This document shows positions 57,035 to 64,000 of a stretch of DNA of 64,000 bases, in pieces. The DNA is taken from NCBI GenBank assembly GCA_965203515.1, contig OZ241907.1:1437730-1501729 (forward strand), given 5' to 3'. How positions within the stretch are numbered: the first letter of the stretch is position 1; the number at the start of each line of letters is the position of its first letter. The translations under genes were made by a program, and so were the position numbers. The notes under the pieces were generated by a model. The model worked only from the letters and a program-made list of their open reading frames with translations. It ran no database searches and was not told the origin of the DNA. This DNA is from Spirochaetia bacterium (lineage in GTDB: Bacteria > Spirochaetota > Spirochaetia > SZUA-6 > Bin103).

Positions 57035-58555
57035 TCAGCTCAGCGTCACGCGCGCGTCGGCCAGCAGCGCCGGCCGCTCCGCGCCGGCGTCCAGCGTCAC
57101 CTCGATCCGATTCTGGCCCGGCACGATCGCGGCCGGTTCGACCGGCGCGGTGAGCAGGTCGCCCTCACCCGCCTGCAGCGCCAGCGGCTGACCGTTGACG
57201 GCGGCGCCGATCCGCGCCGCCGCGGCGTTCCAGACCCGCAGCTCCACCGCGGCCGAGGTCGGCCCGGGTTCGGCGCGCGGGTCCTCTCCCACCGTCAGGT
57301 ACTCCGCCACCGGCCGGCCCGGAAAGAGCTGCCGCGGGTGCTGCGGCGTGAGGGTCGGCACCCGCAGGAAGCGCTCGTGCGGAAAGCCGTCGCCGGCGAT
57401 GCGCGCCACGCCGCGCACGCTCACGAAGTAGCGCCGTTCGGCGCCCCGAATCGTCTCCATCTCGCCGAGCTGCCGCAGGATCGGGCTGGCCGGATTGAAG
57501 AAGTTGTACAGGTAGACGCCGTCGGCGCCCGCGCGCCACACGTTGGCCGCGCGCGCCCGGTACGAAGCGTCGCTGCCGCGCGGAGTGGTGAAGGTGCCGG
57601 TCTTGACGTCGTGCGAGCCCGGCTCCTTCACGCGCGATTCGTCGAGCGCCGGATAGACCATGACGCCGTAGCGGCGCCCCAACTCGACCGAGGTCTCCCA
57701 GCGGTCGAGCTGCAGGTAGCCGGCGGGAATGAGCAGGTCGAGCAGGTCATCGGCCAGCCACCGCTCCAGGTCGAGTCCGATCGCCCGGCAGTAGGGGACC
57801 GAGTCCGGCAGGCGCGCCGCCACCAGGATCGGCCGGCCGCGGCGCTCGCCCACCTCCTCGGTCATGCGCCGGATGCGCCGCACCAGGCCGGTCATCAGGT
57901 CGCGCTCCACGCCGCTGCACGGAAAGCCGCGCGCCGGCTCGTGGAAGAAGACCGGATGCCGGTAGAAGTCGAGCTCGATGCCGTCCACGTCGTAGCCGCG
58001 GCAGACCTCCTCCACGAACCGGAAGGTGAGGTCGCGTATCTCCGGTTCGGCAAAGTCGACCGCCGACCAGCCGCCGTACCGGGGGCGCGTCTCCGGCGTG
58101 GCGAGCAGGTACTGCGGATTGGCCTGCTTGAAGTCGTTGGCGGCGAACATCTCGGCCGAGTAGCCGCCGCCCTGGCTGTCGTGCGTGTCGTTCATGCGCA
58201 GCGACCAGAAGAACTCCTTGCCCTGCGCGTGGATGAAGTCGTTCATCACCCGCAGCGGGTCGATGCCGGCCGCCGCCAACGCCCCCATCAGGTTGCGGTC
58301 GAACCACTCGCCTTCGACCGTGAAGAGCTGGCCCACCCTGGTGAGGTGGGTGAACATCGTGAAGCCCGAGCACCACGTCGAGTAGAACACCGTGTCGACC
58401 TGGGAGTCGACCAGCGGCCCGGTCCGGTACTTGAGCAGTTCCGCTTCGGTCGGCGCCTCGATCAGGTAGACCGGCTCGTTGCCGTCGTTGTTGAGGATGA
58501 TGCGCCGGCGGCGGCGCTTGCGCGTCTCGCGCTCGGCCCGGAACGCGGCGGTCAC
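57035..58555 (-). CDS. putative glycoside-hydrolase-like TIM-barrel protein (family unassigned)
   Basis: RIILNNDGNEP...FFWSLRMND... resembles GH-like/DUF4015-type hydrolases. The GTG start overlaps the upstream stop (GTGA). Confidence 0.45.
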   Translation of the reverse strand: MTAAFRAERETRKRRRRRIILNNDGNEPVYLIEAPTEAELLKYRTGPLVDSQVDTVFYSTWCSGFTMFTHLTRVGQLFTVEGEWFDRNLMGALAAAGIDPLRVMNDFIHAQGKEFFWSLRMNDTHDSQGGGYSAEMFAANDFKQANPQYLLATPETRPRYGGWSAVDFAEPEIRDLTFRFVEEVCRGYDVDGIELDFYRHPVFFHEPARGFPCSGVERDLMTGLVRRIRRMTEEVGERRGRPILVAARLPDSVPYCRAIGLDLERWLADDLLDLLIPAGYLQLDRWETSVELGRRYGVMVYPALDESRVKEPGSHDVKTGTFTTPRGSDASYRARAANVWRAGADGVYLYNFFNPASPILRQLGEMETIRGAERRYFVSVRGVARIAGDGFPHERFLRVPTLTPQHPRQLFPGRPVAEYLTVGEDPRAEPGPTSAAVELRVWNAAAARIGAAVNGQPLALQAGEGDLLTAPVEPAAIVPGQNRIEVTLDAGAERPALLADARVTLS

Positions 58556-59925
58556 GCGCCCACCCTCGCGATCGCCCGATCGGCCGCTCCGGGCCACAGG
58601 CCGAAGCCGGGCGGGTCGCCCGGGTCGCCGGCGCGCAGCGCGTCGGCGTGGGCGGCCACCTTGCGGAACGCCGCGGCGTACCGTTCGATCACCTCCGCCC
58701 GGTCGTGCTTGAACCAGGGGACGTGGAAGGTGCGCGCGTAGATGCCCTCCGCGACCGGCAGGCCGTCGGTCGGCTCACCGTTGGTCGGCGCGCCGCGGCC
58801 GTAGACGTCGAGGTCCCGGAACAGCGGGTGCAGGTGCAGCGGCAGGTTGATGCCGGCCCCCAGGCGCCCCACCCCCTCGGCCTCCAGGGCGTCCAGAAAC
58901 CGGGTCAGGGAGAGGCCGTCCAGTTCCTCGGCCGCGTACAGGCCGTGCGGATTGTACCAGCCGCCCATGGTGCTGCCGGTCGACTCGTCGACGCGGTGCG
59001 CGCGGAGGCCCGGGCAGCCGGCGAGCAGGTCCCAGAAGCGGTTCATGGCCGCCCTGATCTCGCGCCCGCGATCGTCGAAGTGGCGGAGCTGGACGCGCGC
59101 GATCGCGGCGTTGAGTTGCTGCATGCGGTACTTGTAGCCGCCCAGCGGAACGCCGGCGGTGCGGCGCAGCTCGGGGTCGGTCAGTTCGCGCTGGCCGCGC
59201 GAGTAGTGGCCCCAGGCGAGGGCGCGCTCGTACATGTCGCGCTCCGCGGTCACCAGCACGCCGCCCTCCCCGGCCGGCAGCGCCTTGCCGCTCATCACCG
59301 ACATGGCGGCCGCAGCGCCGAAGGTGCCTACCTTGCGCCCGCGGTAGAGCGCGCCGTGGGCGTGCGAGACGTCCTCCAGCACGGGGATGCCGCGCGGCTC
59401 GGTGATGGCGAGCACCGCGTCCATGTCGGTGGGGTGGCCGCAGTAATGGACCACGATCACGACCTTGGTGCGCGGCGTGAGGCGCCGCTCCAGGTCGGCG
59501 GGGTCGATGCAGAGCGTGTCCGCTTCGACGTCCGCAAAGCGGACCGCGGCGCCGAGCGACAGCGCCGGCGCCGCGGACGCCCAGTAGGTGGTGCTCTGGC
59601 AGACCACCTCATCCCCGGCGCGCACGCCCAGCGCGTAGAGCGCCGCCTGGATGGCGCCGGTGCCGGTGTTGTGGGCCAGGGCGTAGGCCGCGCCCTGCCA
59701 GGCGGCGAACTCGGCCTCGAACCGCCGGGTGACGTCGAAGCCCGACATGCGGCCGGAGTGCAGCACCGCCAGCACCGCCTGCTCGTCCTCTTCCGTGACG
59801 ATCGGCCACGTGAACAGATCATCCGGCACCGAGCCGGCGGCGATCGCGGGCGGACCGCCCAGCAGCGCCGGCCGCTGCTCGACGACGCTATCGGTGCGGA
59901 CCGTGCGGACCGGGGAAATCGGCAT
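58552..59925 (-). CDS. DegT/DnrJ/EryC1/StrS-family PLP-dependent sugar aminotransferase
   Basis: ...MSGFDVTRRFEAEFAAW...VHYCGHPTDMDAV... and the PLP-Lys region SVMSGKALPAGEGG. Confidence 0.8.
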   Translation of the reverse strand: MPISPVRTVRTDSVVEQRPALLGGPPAIAAGSVPDDLFTWPIVTEEDEQAVLAVLHSGRMSGFDVTRRFEAEFAAWQGAAYALAHNTGTGAIQAALYALGVRAGDEVVCQSTTYWASAAPALSLGAAVRFADVEADTLCIDPADLERRLTPRTKVVIVVHYCGHPTDMDAVLAITEPRGIPVLEDVSHAHGALYRGRKVGTFGAAAAMSVMSGKALPAGEGGVLVTAERDMYERALAWGHYSRGQRELTDPELRRTAGVPLGGYKYRMQQLNAAIARVQLRHFDDRGREIRAAMNRFWDLLAGCPGLRAHRVDESTGSTMGGWYNPHGLYAAEELDGLSLTRFLDALEAEGVGRLGAGINLPLHLHPLFRDLDVYGRGAPTNGEPTDGLPVAEGIYARTFHVPWFKHDRAEVIERYAAAFRKVAAHADALRAGDPGDPPGFGLWPGAADRAIARVGA

Positions 59926-59943
59926 CAGAACCTCCGCAACGAT

Positions 59944-60190
59944 CGTATGACGACGAACCGCGCCGCGCAACCTCGGCGACTGCCTGGCGCGCATCGAGCA
60001 CACCGACGATCGGTTCGTGTTGCTCAAGAACGGCAAACCGGTCGCCGAATTGGTTCCGGTTGGTTCGGCGGCAGGTTCGCGCACCGCCACGCTGCGGGAG
60101 GTCTGGGATGCACTCTCCAGCGTTCCCGTCGACGCGCGCTTCGCCGACGACCTGCAGGCGGTCAACTCCGCCGATCGGGTCTTGGACAAC
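59944..60190 (+). pseudogene. Phd/YefM-family antitoxin remnant, 5'-truncated (no start codon), 3' end fused to a REP13E12 fragment
   Basis: NLGDCLARIEHTDDRFVLLKNGKPVAELVPV...LREVWDALSS matches Phd/YefM from about residue 10 onward. An in-frame stop lies immediately upstream. Confidence 0.5.
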
Positions 60191-60400
60191 CCATGGGATT
60201 CGTCCTCGATACCGAGCAGACTTCGGCGGCGAAGGTATCGGCTCAGGCGGCGCCGCCGCCGGGAGACGAAGCCGCTTCGCCGCTAAAGGCGGACCGCGTC
60301 CCGGATCGCCCGCACTTCGGCAGCTACGCCGGCGGGCGACATCACTTCGGCGCCGAAGGCGCGGCGCCTCGGCCGGCAGGCTGCGACGGGCGCAAAGTGG
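60190..60400 (+). repeat. fragment of a third DUF222/HNH (REP13E12-like) gene, central TSAAK-repeat region only
   Basis: ...EQTSAAKVSAQAAPPPGDEAASPLKADRVPDRP...[13 protein letters not shown] equals the central segment of 60565..62001. Confidence 0.6.
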
Positions 60401-60529
60401 GCTGACGACACTCCGCGCTTTGTCTATTCTCCCCGTTTGCGCTGGTCCAACAAGCGAGAATCCCGCCATCTCCGCGCCTACGCGATCAGCTTCTGCCGAG
60501 ACTTCCATCAGGAAACCGTTGCGGATAAC

Positions 60530-60558
60530 TTGACTCAAATACTTTCCATGAGTATACT
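60530..60558 (+). promoter_or_regulatory. consensus-like sigma70 promoter, leaderless transcript for DUF222/HNH copy 2
   Basis: TTGACT, 17-nt spacer, TATACT, then ATG 6 nt later. Identical architecture to 29143-29171. Confidence 0.55.
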
Positions 60559-60564
60559 TATTTC

Positions 60565-62001
60565 ATGAACGGCACTCGTTCCGACACCGCCCACGCAGCC
60601 ATCACGACCACCGTTTCCGCCCTCTCCGACGACCGCCTGCTGGCGCGGACCAAGGAACTGTCCGGCATCGAACACCACCTCGAAGTCGTCGTCATCGACC
60701 ACCTGCGCGAGATCCAGAAGCGCCGTCTGTATCTGCGCCGCGGGTTCTCCAGCCTGTTCGATTACGCGGTGCGCGAACTCCGTTACAGCGACGCCGCCGC
60801 TTGGCGCCGCCTCAAGGCGATGCGCCTCTGCGCGGACATCGACGGCGTGCGCGAGCGCCTGCAGGACGGCTCGATGACGCTCAACGCGGCCGCGCAGTTG
60901 CAGAACGCCTTCGACCGGCAGGACCGCAACAGGGATGGCGCGGCGCGCAGCGCGGGCGGGGACGGGGACGCAGCGCGGTCGCAGGACGGCTCGGCGCTGG
61001 CGCTCGCTCCGGGACCGGCTCAGCCGGCGGAGCGGAAGCCGGCTCCGGTGCTGGACCGGTCGGCGCGGCGGGCGCTGGTGGAGCAGGCGGCCGGCAAGAG
61101 CAGCCGGCAGGTGATGCGGTTGCTGGCCGAGGTCGACCCGGAACTGGCGGTGCCGGCGGATCGGGTGCGCCCGCTGGGCGCCGGGCGCTGGGAGATCAAG
61201 GCGGTCATCGACCATGAGTGCCAGCGCGGCTTGGAGCGGCTCAAGGGCCTCCTGTCCCACGTCGATCCGCACATGACGTTGGGGCAGATCATGGAGCGGC
61301 TGGTGCAGGAAGGGCTCGACCGCCACGATCCGGCCCGACCGCCGCGCGGGCGGCGCACCGGCGCCCGGGCCGCTGGTGCCGAGCGGACTTCGGCGGCGAA
61401 GACGCCGGCGGCCTCGGCTCGCGGCGCAACTTCGGCAGCGAAGCAGGAGGCCCGATCGGACAGCGCCGCTCCTTCGGCGGCGAAGGTATCGGCTCAGACG
61501 GCGGAGCAGCCGGCGGCGGAGCCGGGAGATGAAGCCGCTTCGCCACTGAAGGCAGACCGCGTCCCGGAACGCCCGGACACTTCGGCGGCGAAGACGGCGG
61601 GCGACATCACTTCGGCGGCGAAGACGCGGCGCCTCGGCCGGCCGGCTGCGGCGAGTGCGAAGCGGGCTGCGCCGCCGCCGCGGACCCAAACTTCGGCAGC
61701 GAAGGCGGGCGGCGGGACCGGCCGCGCCATCCCGGCGGCGGTCAAGCGCGCGGTCTGGCGGCGCGACCGGGGCCGCTGCAGCTACGTGGACCGCACCAGC
61801 GGGCGCCGCTGCGGCTCCCAACACCTGCTGCAGATCGATCACGTCGTGCCGTACGCCCAGGGCGGCGCCGCCGAGCCGAACAATCTCCGACTGCTGTGCG
61901 CCGCTCATCACCGCCACCGCCACGCAGGCGCCGGATTCGGCGGCCGACCCGGCGAGGATCGTCAGGCGCCGGATCGATCCAGTCGACGGAGCGCAGGCTG
62001 A
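60565..62001 (+). CDS. DUF222 + HNH endonuclease domain protein (REP13E12-like), copy 2
   Basis: N- and C-terminal domains nearly identical to 29178..30569. The central repeat region differs in repeat number. Confidence 0.8.
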   Translation: MNGTRSDTAHAAITTTVSALSDDRLLARTKELSGIEHHLEVVVIDHLREIQKRRLYLRRGFSSLFDYAVRELRYSDAAAWRRLKAMRLCADIDGVRERLQDGSMTLNAAAQLQNAFDRQDRNRDGAARSAGGDGDAARSQDGSALALAPGPAQPAERKPAPVLDRSARRALVEQAAGKSSRQVMRLLAEVDPELAVPADRVRPLGAGRWEIKAVIDHECQRGLERLKGLLSHVDPHMTLGQIMERLVQEGLDRHDPARPPRGRRTGARAAGAERTSAAKTPAASARGATSAAKQEARSDSAAPSAAKVSAQTAEQPAAEPGDEAASPLKADRVPERPDTSAAKTAGDITSAAKTRRLGRPAAASAKRAAPPPRTQTSAAKAGGGTGRAIPAAVKRAVWRRDRGRCSYVDRTSGRRCGSQHLLQIDHVVPYAQGGAAEPNNLRLLCAAHHRHRHAGAGFGGRPGEDRQAPDRSSRRSAG

Positions 62002-62029
62002 AGATGGATGCCGCCACCGGCCGCCCAGC

Positions 62030-62275
62030 GCCCGACCGCAGCGGACGAGCGGACGCGTCCGATACCCATCACCACGGCAACGATTGGATAGAGACCAGTC
62101 TCGGCCACGTGATCGAACTGAAGCGTGGTTACGACCTCCGCGGCGGCGCGGAAAGCCGGCTCTGTTCCCGTCGTTTCGTCATCGGGGATTACCGACTGAC
62201 TACCACTCGGAAAGCAAGGTGCCGGGGCCGGGCGTGGTAACGGGTCGATACGGCACGATCGGGCGCGTCTTCTAA
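62030..62275 (+). pseudogene. type I R-M specificity subunit (HsdS) target-recognition-domain fragments, frameshifted
   Basis: Two frames give LGHVIELKRGYDL and PGPGVVTGRYGTIGRVF, which match the HsdS TRD start and (T/S)RxG(T/S)IGK motifs. AT-richer sequence. Confidence 0.4.
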
Positions 62276-62376
62276 TCCCGGGCGAACTGCGCGTGGAGGA
62301 TGCCGCCCGCGGGCTATCGGCGGCAGGAGCCGCTGACCGGTGATCCGCCGGCCCGTGGTGGTGTAGACTGGCGGCC

Positions 62377-63339
62377 ATGGGACACGACCTGCGCATCGGC
62401 ATCATCGGCCTCGATTCGAGCCACACGGTGGAGTTCACGCGGCGCCTGCAGGCGCCCGACTGCCCGCCGGACCAGCGGGTCGCGGGCGCCGCGGTGACGC
62501 GCTGCATGCGGTTCGAGACGCCCTTTCAGGACCGGGACGGGCTGGACGGCCGGCAGCGGGAGCTCGAACGCTGGGGCGTCGAGGTGACCGAGGACTTCGA
62601 CGCCGCCGTCGCGGACGCCGATGCCCTGCTGCTCGAGATCAACGACCCGACCCTGCATCTGGAGTACGTGCAGCGCTGCGCCGGTCTGGGCGTGCCGCTG
62701 TTCCTCGACAAGCCGCTGGCGCAGGACCTGGCCGCCGGCCTGCGGATCGCCCGCCTGGCGGCCGAGCACGACCTGCGGCTCTGCTCGGCGTCCTCCCTGC
62801 GGTTCGCGCCCGCGCTCAAGGATGCGTGCGCGGCCGTGCCGGCCCCCCGGCACGTGACTACCTACGGAGCCATCAACCGCGCGCCCGCCGGCAGCTCGCT
62901 GGTCTGGTACGGCGTGCACTCGGTGGAGATGCTGGTCCGCGCCATCGGCCGCGGCGCGGCGACCGCCTCGACCCATGTCTGCGGCGACGGCGCGATCGTC
63001 GTGGTCGAGTACGGGGACGGACGCACCGGCGTCGTCGAGCTGAGCGCCGGCAGCGGCTACGGCGGCGCGCTGCGCAACGGTTCCGACGCGGCCCCGTACA
63101 CCGTGGAGATGGCGGGCGTCTACTCCGCCATGCTCACCGCGCTGGTGCCGTTCCTGGCCGGCGGTGAGGCGCCGGCGCCGCTGGAAGACGCGGTGGAAGT
63201 GATCGCCATCCTGGACGCCGCGGAGCGCTCCGCGCAGGCCGGCAGCGCCGCCGCGATGCCGGTCCGGCCGGCGCCGGACCGTCGGTCGGCGCCGGACCGT
63301 CGGTCGGCGCCGGACCGTCGGCCGGGTTCAGCCGCGTAG
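62377..63339 (+). CDS. Gfo/Idh/MocA-family oxidoreductase
   Basis: MGHDLRIGIIGLDSSHTVEFTRRL Rossmann N-terminus. C-terminus has a (PDRRSA)x3 repeat. Confidence 0.75.
   Translation: MGHDLRIGIIGLDSSHTVEFTRRLQAPDCPPDQRVAGAAVTRCMRFETPFQDRDGLDGRQRELERWGVEVTEDFDAAVADADALLLEINDPTLHLEYVQRCAGLGVPLFLDKPLAQDLAAGLRIARLAAEHDLRLCSASSLRFAPALKDACAAVPAPRHVTTYGAINRAPAGSSLVWYGVHSVEMLVRAIGRGAATASTHVCGDGAIVVVEYGDGRTGVVELSAGSGYGGALRNGSDAAPYTVEMAGVYSAMLTALVPFLAGGEAPAPLEDAVEVIAILDAAERSAQAGSAAAMPVRPAPDRRSAPDRRSAPDRRPGSAA
63271..63324 (+). repeat. 3 x 18-bp tandem repeat (gcgccggaccgtcggtcg) at the 3' end of the oxidoreductase gene
   Basis: Direct reading. Confidence 0.85.
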
Positions 63340-63422
63340 CGCCGGGAGGCATCTTCGAGTACCCGCGCGCTTTCGCTGTACGCCGGCGGTCCGCCGCCCG
63401 CCACAGGGGCTGGTCGGCTTCG

Positions 63423-64000
63423 TCATGAACCGTCGTCCGGCGGGTGTTCGACGGCGCGCAGGACCGCGTCGAGGACGCGCTCGGCGGTGCCGGGCTCGAA
63501 GTGAGCGGAGCCGGTCTGCGATTCGTAGCCGCCGGCAAGAAGGTCGGGCCGGAACGGCAGGTAGCCCTCGTAGCCGTTGGCACAGGAGATGACCAGCGCT
63601 TCCGGGACGCGCGCCTTCACCCTCAGGCCAAGCTCGGCCAGCACCTCGAACGGGAGCGCCACGAGCGGCAGATCGCCGATACGCATCTGCTGAATGCGGA
63701 CGGCGAGCGAACCGGCGGGCCACCGGCGCGCGGCGTAGGCCCGATGGAGCGCTTCCAGATAGGCCGTGCGCGCCGGGCCCTCCTGCCCGGCGGAGGCGGC
63801 CCGCAACCGGTCCGCGGCGGCCGCCAGACGCGCCTCCGGGTCGCCCGTCAGATCGTGGCGTACCCGCGCGTCGAGCTCGTCCCAACGCACGATCACCCGA
63901 TCAGCGGCGAGGGGACGGAACGCACGATCGCCGAGCAGCACCGCATGCGCCAGGCTCTCGCCGATCCAGCGCCGCGACTCGCCCAGACGGCGCATCGGCA
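63423..64000 (-). CDS. hypothetical protein, C-terminal part only (N-terminus beyond window end); possibly ceramidase-like
   Basis: ...LPLVALPFEVLAELGLRVKARVPEALVISCANGYEGYLP... is a weak resemblance only. Confidence 0.35.
   Translation of the reverse strand, partial: PMRRLGESRRWIGESLAHAVLLGDRAFRPLAADRVIVRWDELDARVRHDLTGDPEARLAAAADRLRAASAGQEGPARTAYLEALHRAYAARRWPAGSLAVRIQQMRIGDLPLVALPFEVLAELGLRVKARVPEALVISCANGYEGYLPFRPDLLAGGYESQTGSAHFEPGTAERVLDAVLRAVEHPPDDGS

Noticed and set aside
1-64000. CRISPR array
   Set aside because: No regularly spaced short direct repeats. All tandem repeats seen are coding-region micro-duplications or kilobase-scale gene duplications.

Overview
High-GC (about 70%) bacterial chromosomal segment, densely coding, with many GTGA/ATGA start-stop overlaps. 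No rRNA, tRNA or CRISPR array was seen. Conserved housekeeping genes are xseA/xseB, serS, glmS, an IMPDH-family gene and an N-acetylmuramoyl-L-alanine amidase. Main blocks: (1) A minus-strand operon resembling the N-methylglutamate route of methylamine use (15.2-27.4 kb): heterotetrameric sarcosine-oxidase-like soxB...soxD-soxA-soxG, a 444-aa glutamine-synthetase-family gene (GmaS-like), a class-II amidotransferase (MgsA-like) and a fused GXGXG+FMN glutamate-synthase-like gene. The soxB-soxD junction is split by a 2.7-kb insertion carrying a tyrosine-integrase remnant and three paralogous copies of an uncharacterised acidic, Cys-motif protein gene; one copy has gained a signal peptide. A second, internally deleted copy of the integrase remnant plus a duplicated sox 5' leader sits on the other side of soxB. 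(2) A roughly 31-kb segment (29.2-62.0 kb) bracketed by two near-identical direct-repeat DUF222/HNH (REP13E12-like) genes, each with a consensus-like leaderless promoter. It contains a LysW amino-group-carrier cluster (lysW-lysX-lysY-[class II GATase]-lysZ-lysJ) next to an FSA/transaldolase-family aldolase, an SPL-family radical SAM enzyme, a lower-GC bifunctional cytidylyltransferase/GHMP-kinase and an enolase-superfamily dehydratase. It also holds an Fbp-type iron ABC transporter with a Fur-box-like AT island, an ABC-2 exporter, a HlyD/FtsX efflux pair, a sugar ABC importer, a Uma2 nuclease and a DegT aminotransferase. (3) Decayed defence/mobile remnants: a 5'-truncated Phd/YefM antitoxin fused to a third REP13E12 fragment, frameshifted hsdS fragments, a partial DUF4062 gene at the window start, and a degenerate uvrC paralog overlapping a small basic repeat-containing protein that has its own strong promoter. 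The long antisense ORFs in the supplied track are treated as high-GC shadow ORFs. The track uses GTG/TTG as M.
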